Shown in pieces: positions 41,848 through 55,932 of a stretch of DNA of 64,000 nt. The stretch covers positions 96,001 through 160,000 of the forward strand of contig JAVKHQ010000001.1 in assembly GCA_031459875.1 (NCBI GenBank), given 5' to 3'. Origin of the DNA: Candidatus Fervidifonticultor sextus (GTDB lineage Bacteria > Sysuimicrobiota > Sysuimicrobiia > Sysuimicrobiales > Humicultoraceae). The position numbers and the translations under genes were made by a program. The notes below the pieces were generated by a model. It saw nothing but the letters and a program-made list of their open reading frames with translations, was not told the origin of the DNA and searched no databases. How positions within the stretch are numbered: position 1 is the stretch's first letter; the number at the start of each line of letters is the position of its first letter.

Positions 41848-42741
41848 CTAGCGCGGCACGTGGTGGACGCCCACCGGCGTCCCCGTGCGCCGGGCCAGGT
41901 CGCGGAAGGCCTCGTTCAACCGCCGGGTGATCTGTCCGGGACGGCCGTCGCCAATCGGGCGGCCGTCTGCGTCCACGACCGGCGCCACCTCGGCGCCGGT
42001 CCCGGTCAGGAAGCACTCGTCGGCGGTGTAGAGGTCGTGGAGGGTCAGGATCGCCTCCTCGGCCGGAATGCCCAACTGGCGCGCCAGGTCCAGCACGGTG
42101 TCGCGGGTGATCCCCTTGAGCAGGCCCAGGTGCGCCGCCGGGGTGCGGACCACGCCGCCCTTGACCAGGAAGATGTTGTCGGCGCTGCACTCGCAGAGGT
42201 ATCCGTCTGCGGTGAGCAGCAGCGCCTCCTCCACGCCGGCCCGGTTGGCCTCGAGGCGGGCCAGGATGTTGTTGAGGTAGTTGAGGGACTTGACCCGGCC
42301 GTTGAGGGCATCGGGGGCCGGCCGGCGCACGCTGGCCGTCACCACGCGCAGCCCGCGCTCGTAGGCCTCCTTCGGATACAGCCGGATGGCGTCCACGATG
42401 ATGACCACCGTGGCGCCAGCGCACTTGCGGGGATCGATTCCCAGGTCGCCGGGCCCGCGGCTGACCACCGGCCGGACGTAGGCGTCCTGCAGGCCGCTGG
42501 CCCGCACGGTGGCCATGATCGCATCGCGCATCTCCTCACGCGACAGCGGGATCTCCAGCAGGATGGCCCGGGCCGACTCGTAGAGCCGGTCCAGGTGCTC
42601 CTCCAGCTTGAAGATACGGCCGTCGTAGACGCGGATGCCCTCGAAGACCCCGTCGCCGTAGAGGAACCCGTGGTCGTACACCGAGACGGTCGCCTCCTCC
42701 TTCGAGGTGATCCGTCCGTTGACGTAGACTGCTGCGGTCAT
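41848..42741 (-). CDS. ilvE: Branched-chain amino acid aminotransferase
   Basis: YGDGVFEG, KSLNYL, LKGITR, DECFLTGT. Confidence 0.94.
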   Translation of the reverse strand: MTAAVYVNGRITSKEEATVSVYDHGFLYGDGVFEGIRVYDGRIFKLEEHLDRLYESARAILLEIPLSREEMRDAIMATVRASGLQDAYVRPVVSRGPGDLGIDPRKCAGATVVIIVDAIRLYPKEAYERGLRVVTASVRRPAPDALNGRVKSLNYLNNILARLEANRAGVEEALLLTADGYLCECSADNIFLVKGGVVRTPAAHLGLLKGITRDTVLDLARQLGIPAEEAILTLHDLYTADECFLTGTGAEVAPVVDADGRPIGDGRPGQITRRLNEAFRDLARRTGTPVGVHHVPR

Positions 42742-42799
42742 CTCGTCCCTCCTGTTCGTCTCCCGGCACAGCCATCCGCGCAGCGGTTGTGGGGGTGGG

Positions 42800-46183
<3,384 letters not shown>

Positions 46184-46184
<1 letters not shown>

Positions 46185-47050
46185 CAGCGCTCCCCCCACC
46201 CAAGCTTGGTGCGCAGGATGCTGTAGAAGCTGGGCGGCCGCAGCCGGACCAGCCGCGTGCGCGCTGCCGCGCGCCGGACGACGACGCGGTCGCCGGCCAT
46301 CAGCGGGTGGCTCTCCTGGCCGTCGACGCTCAGGCAGACCTCTTCGCCGGGGGCGGCGGCCTCGACGGCCACATCCGCCGCCCCGGAGACCACCACGGGC
46401 CTGGCCGTAAAGGTGTGCGGGCAGATGGGGGTCACAATGATGACGTCCACCTGGGGATGGACGATGGGGCCGCCAGCCGAGAGCGAGTAGGCCGTCGAGC
46501 CCGTCGGGGTTGCCACGATCACCCCGTCGGCCGGATACGTGGCCAGGTGCTCCCCCGAGACCCAGGTGGACACCCGGATGACCCGGGCCACACCGGTCTT
46601 GGCCACGACCATGTCGTTGAGGGCCAGCATGCGCCCCCGCGTCCCCTCCGACCCCGTGATCTCCGCTTCGAGCATCGCGCGTTCGTCGAGCACCGCGCGG
46701 TCGTCGAGCACGTCGCCGATGCGGTCGGGGAGGTCGCTGAGGGGCAGTTCGGCCAGGAACCCGAATCCCCCCAGGTTCACCCCGAGGATCGGCACCCGCC
46801 CGGCGGCCAGACGCGCCGCCGAGAGGATCGTCCCGTCGCCGCCGCAGACGATCAGCAGTCCGCCGTCTTCCACCAGCGCCGCGTCGGAGGCGGCAAGGTC
46901 CGGACGCCCGGCGGCTTCGGCCCCTGCGGCGTTCAACCTCACCGCCACCCCGCGGGCGGCCAGGGCGTCGAGCGTCCGTCGCAGGAGCCCCGGGGCGCCC
47001 GCGTAGGCCGCGAAACGGTGCCGGTTGACGAGGATCGCCACGCGGTTCAC
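46184..47050 (-). CDS. nadK: NAD kinase
   Basis: GGDGT, ATPTGSTAYSLSAGGP. Confidence 0.96.
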
Positions 47051-47913
47051 GGAGCGGCGCCCTCGCGTCCCCAGACCGCCTTCCTGATCTCCTCGTCCAG
47101 CGTATCGGCGCCGGACGGAGGCCCGTTGCGGAGGGCGAGGAAGAATTCCCGGTTGCCGTCCGGCCCCAGGATCGGCGAGGGGATGATCCCCACCGGCGCC
47201 AGGCCCAGCGCCCGCGCGCCATCCACCACCCTGCGGAGCACCGCCTCGTGCACCGAGGGGTCCCGCACGACGCCCTTGGGCGCGGCGCGCGGGCCGGCCT
47301 CGAACTGCGGCTTCACCAGCGCCAGCACCAGCCCTCCAGGTCGGACGCAGCGACTGGCGGCCGGCAGCACCTTGAGCACCGAGATGAAGGAACAGTCGAT
47401 CGTCGCCAGGTCGGCGGGTTCGGGGAAGTCGTCGGGCTGCAGGCGTGCGGCGTGCCGGCCCTCCATCACCACCACGCGGGGGTCGCGTCGGAGCCGCCAG
47501 TGGAGCTGCCCGCGGCCCACATCCACCGCATAGACGCGCCGCGCGCCCCGCTGCAGCACGCAGTCGGTGAATCCGCCGGTGGACGAGCCGACGTCCAGCA
47601 CCACCTGACCCCTGGGATCGATCCCGAAGCCGTCCAGCGCCGCGGCCAGTTTGATCCCGCCGCGGCTGACGTAAACCGGGCCCCGCAGGCGCCGCTCGAT
47701 GGCGGCCTCCTCGGACACCTTCGCCCCTGGCTTGTCTGCGCGCCGGCCGTCCACGAAGATCTCCCCGGAGCGGATCGCCCCTTCGGCCTGGTGCCGGCTC
47801 GGGGCCAGCCCCCTGGCCACGACCAGTGCATCCAGCCGCACCCGGGCGGCCCGCCGCCGGGCCGGAGCGCGCGGGCCCGCCCCCTCCCTCCTCGCCACCG
47901 CAACCTCCGTCAC
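47047..47913 (-). CDS. tlyA: TlyA rRNA 2'-O-methyltransferase
   Basis: S4 domain, YVSRGGIKL, DVGSSTGGFTD, LVKPQFE. Confidence 0.95.
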   Translation of the reverse strand: MTEVAVARREGAGPRAPARRRAARVRLDALVVARGLAPSRHQAEGAIRSGEIFVDGRRADKPGAKVSEEAAIERRLRGPVYVSRGGIKLAAALDGFGIDPRGQVVLDVGSSTGGFTDCVLQRGARRVYAVDVGRGQLHWRLRRDPRVVVMEGRHAARLQPDDFPEPADLATIDCSFISVLKVLPAASRCVRPGGLVLALVKPQFEAGPRAAPKGVVRDPSVHEAVLRRVVDGARALGLAPVGIIPSPILGPDGNREFFLALRNGPPSGADTLDEEIRKAVWGREGAAP

Positions 47914-48854
47914 GACTCCCTCACCAGCAGTGCCGCAGCGAGTTCCCGCAGCACGTCGGCGCGCCCGTCGAAGCCCTGCAGGGCGGCTGTGGCACGATCG
48001 GTGTGGTGGCGCGCGATGGCCCGCGAGACCTCCAGCCCAAACGCCGAGGGGAAGGTCAGTTTGGAGCCCAGCGCATCCCGGCGGGCATCCTTGCCCAGCA
48101 CCTGGCTGGACCCCACCTCGTCCAGCACGTCGTCGATGATCTGAAACGCCAGCCCCAGGTGCTCGCCGTACGCGGTCAGCGCCTCCAGGTGCGCCGGGCC
48201 GGCGCCAGCCAGGATCGCGCCCGAGCGCACGCAGGCCCGGATCAGGGCTGCGGTCTTCCACCGGTGGATCATGTAGGCGCCCTCGCGCCGGTCCTCGGGC
48301 CACCGGCCGAGCCGCCGTAGGTCCGGTCGGTCTTCGGCCAGCAGGTCCAGGACCTGCCCGCCCACCATGCCGCGCGTCCCGATGGCCTCTGCGACCTCCC
48401 GTATCACCTGCACGGTCCGGGCAGGGCCGGCCGTCTCCGCCGTCTGTGCCATCAGGGCGAAGGCGTGCGCGCACAGGGCGTCGCCGGCGAGCACCGCGAT
48501 GGCCTCGCCGAACGCCACGTGACAGGTCGGACGGTTCCGGCGCGTGGCCGAGTTGTCCATCGATGGCAGATCGTCGTGGATGAGCGAGTAGGTGTGAATC
48601 AGTTCAACCGCGCAGGCCGTCGGCAGGGCCACCTCCACCCGACCCCCCGTGGCCTCGCAGGAGGCCAGGACCAGTATGGGGCGCACGCGCTTGCCGCCCG
48701 CGAACAGGCTGTAGCGCATGGCGGCGTGCAGCGGGCCGGGCAGGGTGTCTTCGGCCGGCAACGCGGCCTCCAGCGCGCGCTCGACTGCGGGACCCCGCGC
48801 GGCCAGGTACGCCGCCAGGCTGCCTGTCAGCGCCGTCCCCTCACCTGCGGCCAT
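47910..48854 (-). CDS. ispA: Polyprenyl (FPP/GGPP) synthase
   Basis: [24 protein letters not shown]. Confidence 0.93.
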   Translation of the reverse strand: MAAGEGTALTGSLAAYLAARGPAVERALEAALPAEDTLPGPLHAAMRYSLFAGGKRVRPILVLASCEATGGRVEVALPTACAVELIHTYSLIHDDLPSMDNSATRRNRPTCHVAFGEAIAVLAGDALCAHAFALMAQTAETAGPARTVQVIREVAEAIGTRGMVGGQVLDLLAEDRPDLRRLGRWPEDRREGAYMIHRWKTAALIRACVRSGAILAGAGPAHLEALTAYGEHLGLAFQIIDDVLDEVGSSQVLGKDARRDALGSKLTFPSAFGLEVSRAIARHHTDRATAALQGFDGRADVLRELAAALLVRES

Positions 48855-49158
48855 CGGTCCGGATCGCAAACCCTCCCTCGCCCCGCGGCGCCTCCCAGGC
48901 GACCTCCACATCCTGCACCCGGGCGCCCGGTGGTCCTGCGCGCACGTCGTCGATCAAGGCCGCTACCGCCTCAGGCGATCCTTCGACCACCACCTCGACC
49001 CGGCCGTCGGCGAGGTTGCGCACGAAGCCGGCCGTCCCCAGCGCCGCGGCGCGGCGGTGCACGAAGAACCTGAACCCCACCCCCTGCACGCGCCCTTTGA
49101 TCCACAGGTGGGCGCGCACGCGGTCAGGACCCGGGGGCCGGCCGGGGTTCCCCGGCAT
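48841..49158 (-). CDS. acyP: Acylphosphatase
   Basis: [21 protein letters not shown]. Confidence 0.93.
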   Translation of the reverse strand: MPGNPGRPPGPDRVRAHLWIKGRVQGVGFRFFVHRRAAALGTAGFVRNLADGRVEVVVEGSPEAVAALIDDVRAGPPGARVQDVEVAWEAPRGEGGFAIRTDGRR

Positions 49159-49555
49159 GACTGCCCTCCCGGTGGACCGCCCCCAGGACGCCGTTGACGA
49201 ACCGGCCGGAGTCGTCGGTCCCGTACCGCTTGGCCAGCTCCACCGCTTCGTTGATCACCACGGCGGATGGGGTCGGCAGGTGGCGCAGTTCGTAGAGCGC
49301 CATCCTCAGGATGACGCGGTCGATACTGGCGAGGCGGTCCAGGGTCCAGCCGGCGAGATGTTGCAGGATCAGGTCGTCGAGTTCTGCCTGGCGCTCGGCC
49401 ACCCCCCGGCACAGGACCTCGACGAAGTCCCAGTCCACCGAGGCGTCGTCGCGCCGGGCCACCGCCAGCGCCTCGTCAATCGGCAGGCGGCCCACGTCGT
49501 GTTGGAAGAGCACCTGCAGGGCGGTATCCCGGGCCCGGCGGCGGCGCGTTTTCAC
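49124..49555 (-). CDS. nusB: Transcription antitermination factor NusB
   Basis: [34 protein letters not shown]. Confidence 0.95.
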   Translation of the reverse strand: MKTRRRRARDTALQVLFQHDVGRLPIDEALAVARRDDASVDWDFVEVLCRGVAERQAELDDLILQHLAGWTLDRLASIDRVILRMALYELRHLPTPSAVVINEAVELAKRYGTDDSGRFVNGVLGAVHREGSHAGEPRPAPGS

Positions 49556-49659
49556 GGCCCAGACATCCGTGGAGGGTCCTGCACGCCAGTATTCTACCAG
49601 CCGCAACGCCCCAGGGGAACGGTCTGGCGGGTCCACCGAGCGCGCCGGACCTCCTCGGG

Positions 49660-50220
49660 CTACCGCACGCGCTCCAGATACTCTCCGGTCCGGGTGTCGA
49701 CCCGGATGATGCTCCCCGTCTCCACGAAGAACGGGACCGAGACCACGGCCCCGGTCTCCAGGGTGGCCGGCTTCGACCCACCCGAGGCGGTGTCCCCCCG
49801 GATCCCCGGTGCTGTCTCCACCACCTTCAGCTCGACCGCGTGGGGCAGTTCGACGGCGATGGGGCGGCCCTCGTAGTGGACGACGGTGACGACGGTGTTC
49901 TCCTTGAGGTAGATGGTGGCGTCGCCGATGAGGCCGGCGTCCAGGGTCACCTGCTCGAACGTCTCCTGGTCCATGAGCACGTAGTGGTCGCCCTCGTGGT
50001 AGAGGTACTGCATCTCCCGGCGCTCCAGGTAGGCCTGGGGGACCCGTTCGCCGGCGTTGAACGTCCGCTCGATGATGGCGCCGGTCTTCAGGTTCCGGAT
50101 CTTCGCCCGCACGTAGGCGCTGCCGCGGCCCCGCTTCACGTGCTGGGAGGCGACCACGGCGTAGAGATCCCCCTCCAGCGTCACGACGACCCCGGGCCGG
50201 AAATCATTGGTCGAGATCAC
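49660..50220 (-). CDS. efp: Elongation factor P (Arg at the modified loop position)
   Basis: ISTNDFRPG, HVKRGRGSAY, GDTA, KPATLETG. Confidence 0.96.
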   Translation of the reverse strand: MISTNDFRPGVVVTLEGDLYAVVASQHVKRGRGSAYVRAKIRNLKTGAIIERTFNAGERVPQAYLERREMQYLYHEGDHYVLMDQETFEQVTLDAGLIGDATIYLKENTVVTVVHYEGRPIAVELPHAVELKVVETAPGIRGDTASGGSKPATLETGAVVSVPFFVETGSIIRVDTRTGEYLERVR

Positions 50221-51311
50221 GGCGCCACCTCGATCAGGTCCCTGGGAAGCGGCGTCAGGACCTCGCACCCGCTCTCGGTCAGGACGGCCACGTCCTCGAT
50301 GCGCACGCCGCCCCATCCGGGCAGGTAGATGCCGGGCTCCACGGTGACCACCGCCCCCGGCGGGAGCACCGCCTCCTCCCGCGGCGAGAGCGTCGGGCCC
50401 TCGTGCAGGGCCAGCCCGACGCCATGGCCCAGGCTGTGGCCGAAGGCCTCGCCGTAGCCGGCCTGTTCGATCACCGACCGGGCCAGCGCGTCGGCGTCCT
50501 TCCCGGTCGTCCCCGCCCGCAGGCCCGATAGCGCCGCCTGCTGGGCGGCCAGCACGAGGGCGTAGATCTCCCGGTGCCGGTCGCCGGCCGGCGCGGTGAC
50601 GAGGGTGCGCGTGCAGTCGGCATGGTAGCCGTCCACCGCCGCGCCGAAATCCACGGTGACGAACTCGCCGGGCCCGATGACCCGATCGTCGGCGGACCCG
50701 TGCGGCAGCGCTGAGCGCGGACCGGAGGCGACGATGGTATCGAACGGGACGCGCTGGGACCCGCGCCGGCGCAGGCGTTCCTCCAGGGTCACCGCGATCT
50801 CGCGCTCCACCACGCCCGGCCGGATCAAGGGCAGGACGTCGGCGAAGGCGTCGGCGGCGACCTGGGCCGCGCGGCGAATCGCCGCGACCTCCTCCGGGGA
50901 CTTCTGCCACCGCAGGCGATCCAGGCCGGCCACCGGTACGATCTCGACCGGTGCCGCGGCCTCTGCCAGGCGGCGGAACGTGCCGACCGGCAGGAACTCC
51001 TCCTCCACCCCGACGCGCCTGACCCCCAGCTCCTTCATGAGGGCGGCGACGGCGTCGGGTAACGGCCCCCGGGCCCTGACCCGTGTGAAGTGCGGGGCCT
51101 GGGAGGCGGCCTGCTCGATGTACCGGAAGTCCAGCACCAGGTGCGCGTCGCGCGCGGTGACCACCGCAAACCCGGCAGACCCGGCAAACCCCGAGATGTA
51201 CGCGACGTTCTGGGGCCTGGCCAGGATGACGCCGTCCAGGCCGTCGGCGGCGCAGCGGGTTCGAAGACGTGTCAGGCGATCCGTGCGCAGGTCGGTGGTG
51301 AGCGCCAGCAT
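50217..51311 (-). CDS. Xaa-Pro peptidase (M24)
   Basis: PHG, DFGA, HSLGHGVG, TVEPGIY, RIED. Confidence 0.94.
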   Translation of the reverse strand: MLALTTDLRTDRLTRLRTRCAADGLDGVILARPQNVAYISGFAGSAGFAVVTARDAHLVLDFRYIEQAASQAPHFTRVRARGPLPDAVAALMKELGVRRVGVEEEFLPVGTFRRLAEAAAPVEIVPVAGLDRLRWQKSPEEVAAIRRAAQVAADAFADVLPLIRPGVVEREIAVTLEERLRRRGSQRVPFDTIVASGPRSALPHGSADDRVIGPGEFVTVDFGAAVDGYHADCTRTLVTAPAGDRHREIYALVLAAQQAALSGLRAGTTGKDADALARSVIEQAGYGEAFGHSLGHGVGLALHEGPTLSPREEAVLPPGAVVTVEPGIYLPGWGGVRIEDVAVLTESGCEVLTPLPRDLIEVAP

Positions 51312-51386
51312 CCAGCCCGTAGCATACTGCAGGCCCCCAGGGCTTTCAACCGCAGCTTCGCGGGCCTGCAGGAGTGACGGCGCGTC

Positions 51387-51827
51387 CTACGGAGACGGAG
51401 CCGGAACCGGCGCTAGCCACGCCGGACGGGTGCTCCGCAGCATCCGCCGGATCACCTCGTCCGCCTTCGCCATCTCCCCCATCAGGTGATAGACGTCGTG
51501 GAGGGCGAGGTAGGCGTCGGGGTGACCCGGGGCGAGCTTGATCGCCTCCTCCAGCGGGGACACCGCCCGCCCCAGGTACGTCGCGGCATAGGGCGCCGCC
51601 TGGACCAGGTACTGCCGGTAGGCGAACAGGTAGGCAAACCCGAGCCAGTAGTGCGCCCGGGCGTTGCGGGCGTCGGAGGCGATCGCCTGCTGATAGGGCC
51701 GGATCGCCGCGTTGAAATCCGCCTCCCTGAGGTAGAGGCGGCCCGTGTCGAAGGCCGGGAGGCCCTGCGCCCCCGCCGTGGCGGTCAGCAGGAGCACAAA
51801 CCCCAGGGCGGCCGCTCGCGCGCGCAC
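51387..51827 (-). CDS. Secreted TPR protein (possible pilotin)
   Basis: Signal peptide, TPR-like AHYWLG and AYLAL helices; directly after pilQ. Confidence 0.65.
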   Translation of the reverse strand: MRARAAALGFVLLLTATAGAQGLPAFDTGRLYLREADFNAAIRPYQQAIASDARNARAHYWLGFAYLFAYRQYLVQAAPYAATYLGRAVSPLEEAIKLAPGHPDAYLALHDVYHLMGEMAKADEVIRRMLRSTRPAWLAPVPAPSP

Positions 51828-51828
51828 G

Positions 51829-53550
51829 TCACGGCCTCGGCGAGGGCGACGGCGCGGGCGCCGGGCCGCCGGCCGCCGGGATGACCTGCGGGGTCACCAC
51901 GAAGATGACCTCGCTCTCGCGGCGGTCGGTGGTCGTCGTCCGGAACAGCGAGCCGATGATGGGGATGTCGCCCAGCAGCGGGACCTTGATGGTCGTCCGC
52001 CGCTCCTCGGCGCTGATCAGGCCGGCCAGGATAATGGACTCGCCGTTGCGCACCGACACCGTCGTCGTCGCCTTGCGGGTCGCGATGCGCGGCACCGGGC
52101 CCGACGAGGTCGGGAGGAACTCGATCACTGAGGACACTTCGGGTTCCACCTTGGTCGTGATGATCCCGTCCCGGTTCACCTTCGGGAGGATTCGCAGGAT
52201 CACGCCGATCGGCTTGAAGGTGAAGGTCAGCCGGCCGGCCGAGTCAATCGAGGGGATGGGGACTTCCTCGCCCAGGTTCACCTGGGCCTCGTTGCCGTCG
52301 ACGGCGGCGACGCGCGGCGCCGTGATCACCCTGGCCTTGCGCTGGGTCACCAGGGCGTCGAGGGCGGCGACGATGTTGAGGCTGCTGTGGATCCCGACGA
52401 CGATCTGCCCGATGTCCGCGCCCGGCGGGGCCGGAGCCGTCGGCCCGGTGCCCGTGACGCGGATGACCGGCACGGCGGTCAGGCCCCAGTTGAGGCCGAG
52501 GTTCTGCAGGTCCGACATGCTGACGTCCACGACCCGCGTCTCGATCATGATCTGCACCAGCGCGATGTCCAGGCTGGCCAAGATCTTGCGGACCTCTTCA
52601 TGCTGGGCCTGGGTGCCCACCACCACCACGGCGTTGGAGCGGACGTCGTGGGTCACGCGGACGCCGGGCACGGCTGCCCGGATGGCGTCCGCCACGTCCT
52701 TGGCCGCGCCGAAGGCGATCGCATAGGTCACCGACTCGGGCACCTCTGGCGGCGGGGCCAGTTTGTCCGCCGCCATGATGATGAGGTTCCGCCCGATCCG
52801 CCGGAACCCCAGATTGTTGGCCTCCAGGATGAAGCGAAGGGCCTCGTCGCACGTGAGCTCGACCAGCCGGACGGTGACCTGTCCTTTCACGGAGGCGTCG
52901 GTCACGATGTTGAGGTTGCACACTTTCGCCAGCGCGCTGAGGACGTCGGCGAGTTCGGTGTTCCGGAACTCCAGGGTGATGCGGCTGGGCGTCGGCGGCT
53001 GCGCCTGCGCCAGTGTCGCCGCCGGAGGCGCTGCGGGCGGCGCTTGGGCCACGGCAGCCGGCGCGGCCGGTGCCGCCGGCATCCCCGCAGGCGGGACCTG
53101 CACGGGGGCCGCCACGGCTGGCCGGGCGGTGAACTTGGCCACCAGCACCGACGGGGTGCTGGTGGTCAGGGTGAACGGCACGGGCGTGACCAGGTCCACG
53201 GCGATCCGGGCGATGGCCGGATTCGTCTGCAACTGTCCGGTCCGGACCCGGGCGATGCCGCTCCGGTCCACATCGATGAGGGGCGGCACGGCCGCGTCGA
53301 GCACGGCACCGGGCAGGTCGATGATCAGGCGCGGCGGCGCCGAAAGCTGGAGGGTCCGGTAGGTGAGCGGACCTGTGGCCGTCACGGCGAGTTGCACGGT
53401 GTCGCCGAAGACCTTGACGGTCACCTGGGTGACGCGGAGACCCTCCACCTGGGGGAGGGCCGGGGCCACCGGGACCAGCGCGAGGACGAGAACGACGGCG
53501 CCTGCGCAAAGGAGTCTAGCTGATGCCCGACGATGCGATGACGGCCACAT
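51829..53550 (-). CDS. pilQ: Type IV pilus secretin with AMIN domain
   Basis: AMIN (PPRLIIDL), LADVLSALA N-domain, secretin domain with KVPLLGDIPIIGSLF. Confidence 0.9.
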   Translation of the reverse strand: MWPSSHRRASARLLCAGAVVLVLALVPVAPALPQVEGLRVTQVTVKVFGDTVQLAVTATGPLTYRTLQLSAPPRLIIDLPGAVLDAAVPPLIDVDRSGIARVRTGQLQTNPAIARIAVDLVTPVPFTLTTSTPSVLVAKFTARPAVAAPVQVPPAGMPAAPAAPAAVAQAPPAAPPAATLAQAQPPTPSRITLEFRNTELADVLSALAKVCNLNIVTDASVKGQVTVRLVELTCDEALRFILEANNLGFRRIGRNLIIMAADKLAPPPEVPESVTYAIAFGAAKDVADAIRAAVPGVRVTHDVRSNAVVVVGTQAQHEEVRKILASLDIALVQIMIETRVVDVSMSDLQNLGLNWGLTAVPVIRVTGTGPTAPAPPGADIGQIVVGIHSSLNIVAALDALVTQRKARVITAPRVAAVDGNEAQVNLGEEVPIPSIDSAGRLTFTFKPIGVILRILPKVNRDGIITTKVEPEVSSVIEFLPTSSGPVPRIATRKATTTVSVRNGESIILAGLISAEERRTTIKVPLLGDIPIIGSLFRTTTTDRRESEVIFVVTPQVIPAAGGPAPAPSPSPRP

Positions 53551-54175
53551 GCGGTGCGCTCACCCCTCCCCACTTCAACTCGAACCGTTCTCCTTCTTGC
53601 TCCAGGACGACGAGGCCTTTGAGCACGTCGACGACCGTGACCCTGATCTTGTTCAGGATGACGTCGCCGATGGCGACGATGTAGGTCTGCTGTCCGATCC
53701 GCACGATGGCCACGCCCGACGTCTCCCCGACGATCCCGACCAGCTGGGCTCCGCTCGCCTCCTTGGGCGGGGGCGGCGTGGCGGCCGGCTCGGGAGCTGG
53801 GGGCGGCTGGCCGGGGAACAGCGGCGGCGGAAGCGGCGCGGGCGGAGGCGCCGGCAGGCCGGGCTGGACGCCGCCCGCCTCCGGCCTCACCAGCGGCGCA
53901 AAGGGATCCGGCCGGCCGGCATCGGCGGGCGGCGCGGCCGACGGGCGCGGCGGGGACGCCGCGGCCGGTGAGGGAGCCGGCTGCGGCCCCGCCGGAGGGG
54001 GCGAAGTGCCGGGCGAAGGAACGGCCGGAGAGGGCGCAGGGCCCGGCGGCGCGGGTTGCACCACCGGCGCCGGGGGTTGAGGCCGTGGCCACAGCAGGAT
54101 GACGCCGACGATCCCGACGACGATCGCCACGGCGACAATGGGATGCGTGCGGAGATAGTCCAGTGCCTTGCGCAT
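53516..54175 (-). CDS. Pro-rich PilP-like pilus assembly protein
   Basis: TM helix, Pro-rich linker, RPDPF, LVGIV...AIV...GD motifs; upstream of the secretin. Confidence 0.7.
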   Translation of the reverse strand: MRKALDYLRTHPIVAVAIVVGIVGVILLWPRPQPPAPVVQPAPPGPAPSPAVPSPGTSPPPAGPQPAPSPAAASPPRPSAAPPADAGRPDPFAPLVRPEAGGVQPGLPAPPPAPLPPPLFPGQPPPAPEPAATPPPPKEASGAQLVGIVGETSGVAIVRIGQQTYIVAIGDVILNKIRVTVVDVLKGLVVLEQEGERFELKWGGVSAPHVAVIASSGIS

Positions 54176-54306
54176 GAGGCCCCCTCTACGTGCGATCCCA
54201 AAAGTACGAACGGAGCCCCGGCAGGCCCCACACGTCCGTCGGTGGAATCCCCTTCAACAGAGTGCCCCAAACTCCTTCCCAATAGACCTGCGGACTTCCA
54301 CCGAAC

Positions 54307-55092
54307 CTACCGCCAGAACCACAGGTACGAGTCTGCGACCGCCTGTCCCCAGAACAGCGCCAGGAGCCCCCCGGCGGCCAGGGCCGGGCCGAACGGAATC
54401 GGGTCCCGGCGGCCGCGGATGCGCAGGGCCCACAACACCAGCCCCGCCAGGCCGCCGAGGTAGATGGCCAGCAGGAGGGCGACTCCGACCTGCGGCCAGC
54501 CGAGGTAGACGCCCATCAGGGCGGCGAGCCAGGCGTCGCCCAGCCCCATGCCCTCCTGCTTCATGATCAGGACACTGGCCAGGATGATCGCCAGGATGAT
54601 CGCAGCCCCCACCACTCCCGCCAGCAGCGCGGCCACGACCCGTCCCTGGCCGGCGGCGAGCACCAGGCCGAGGCCGATGCCGGGCCAGGTGAGGCGATGG
54701 GGAATGATCTGGTGATCCAGGTCGATGAACGTGATGGCCAGCAGCAAGAAGGCAAAGACCCATCCCGACGCCAGCGTCCAGGGGAACGGACTCAACCCCA
54801 GGGGTTGTGGGAACCGAAGATATACGGCGACGGCCAGCGCGGCCATGAGGGCCTCGACCAGCGGGTAGCGCGCCGAGATTTTCCCGCCGCAGGTCCGGCA
54901 CCGGCCGCGCAGGAGGACGAAGCTGATCAGCGGGATGTTGTCCGCAGCGCGGATAGGGGCGCCGCAGCGGGGGCAGCGCGAGCCCGGGACCACCACGGAC
55001 TGGCGGCGGGGCACGCGGTGGATGACCACGTTGGCGAAGCTGCCGACGACGGCGCCAAAGGCGGCCACGACGAGGAGCGTGACGGCACTCAT
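54307..55092 (-). CDS. pilD: Prepilin peptidase
   Basis: GSFANV, SRCPRC, GRCRTC, ID, GLGD, IPFGP. Confidence 0.95.
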   Translation of the reverse strand: MSAVTLLVVAAFGAVVGSFANVVIHRVPRRQSVVVPGSRCPRCGAPIRAADNIPLISFVLLRGRCRTCGGKISARYPLVEALMAALAVAVYLRFPQPLGLSPFPWTLASGWVFAFLLLAITFIDLDHQIIPHRLTWPGIGLGLVLAAGQGRVVAALLAGVVGAAIILAIILASVLIMKQEGMGLGDAWLAALMGVYLGWPQVGVALLLAIYLGGLAGLVLWALRIRGRRDPIPFGPALAAGGLLALFWGQAVADSYLWFWR

Positions 55093-55223
55093 GGCGCCAG
55101 CGCCATCGCGCGGCCGTCCGTGCCGCGCGGGAGGAAATCCGTCCCGAATCCCGAACACCACGGCGAGACGAGACGGGACCGCTGGATCATGGCCGCATCA
55201 GTCGCACGAGGGAGACGAAACCC

Positions 55224-55922
55224 ATGACACGGAGCAGCTGGCCTTTCGTCGTTGTGGTCATCCTCGGACTCGCCCTGCCGGTCGTCGCCCAGCCTGCACC
55301 CACATCGTCGCCCGTCCTCATCATCCCCGGGCACAGCATCGCGGGCGTGGCGCTGGGCCGGTCGGTGTCGTCCACGATGGGACGCCTGGGCTCGCCTGCG
55401 GAGACCCGGGCGCTGCGCGACGGGACGCTGCTGACCTTCCCCCGCTACGGGCTCAACGTCTACGCCACCGACGGCGTGGTGCGGGCGGTCTCCACGACCA
55501 ACAGCCTGCTGCGCACCGCCGAGGGGATCGCCCTGGGCTCGACGGTGTCCGATGTGCGGCGCGCCTACGGCTCCCAGTTCAGCGACGCCGTGGTCGAGGG
55601 GCTGCTGGGCATCGCCTACGATCAGCACGGGATCGCCTTCGGTCTGGACGGCGTGGTGGTCTCGATCATCATCGTCTACCCACCCCGCACGCAGGCGACG
55701 CCGGCCTCGGAGACGGCGGGCCTGGCCTCCCCGCCCACGTCCATCGACGTCGGGCTGGTCTCGATGCCGCGCGTGGAGAACCTCAAGCCGTTCTCGCCCG
55801 AGACCCAGTACATGTCCGTTGTGGGGTTCCTCCGCTACGTCGTCTACCAGCAGACCGGGGTCTGGCTCACGCACCTCGAGGCCAGCCGGATGCTCCAGGA
55901 CCAGCAGCGCACGCGGCTGTAG
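55224..55922 (+). CDS. Hypothetical secreted protein
   Basis: Signal peptide, GGAG RBS, T.EGI.LGST..DV..AYG repeat-like segment. Confidence 0.7.
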   Translation: MTRSSWPFVVVVILGLALPVVAQPAPTSSPVLIIPGHSIAGVALGRSVSSTMGRLGSPAETRALRDGTLLTFPRYGLNVYATDGVVRAVSTTNSLLRTAEGIALGSTVSDVRRAYGSQFSDAVVEGLLGIAYDQHGIAFGLDGVVVSIIIVYPPRTQATPASETAGLASPPTSIDVGLVSMPRVENLKPFSPETQYMSVVGFLRYVVYQQTGVWLTHLEASRMLQDQQRTRL

Positions 55923-55932
55923 GCCGCCTGAA

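Noticed and set aside
54268..54292. SRP RNA-like CAGGTC..GGAAGGAG on the minus strand
   Set aside because: Spacing does not give the GNRA-capped helix and the AGCAG half is absent
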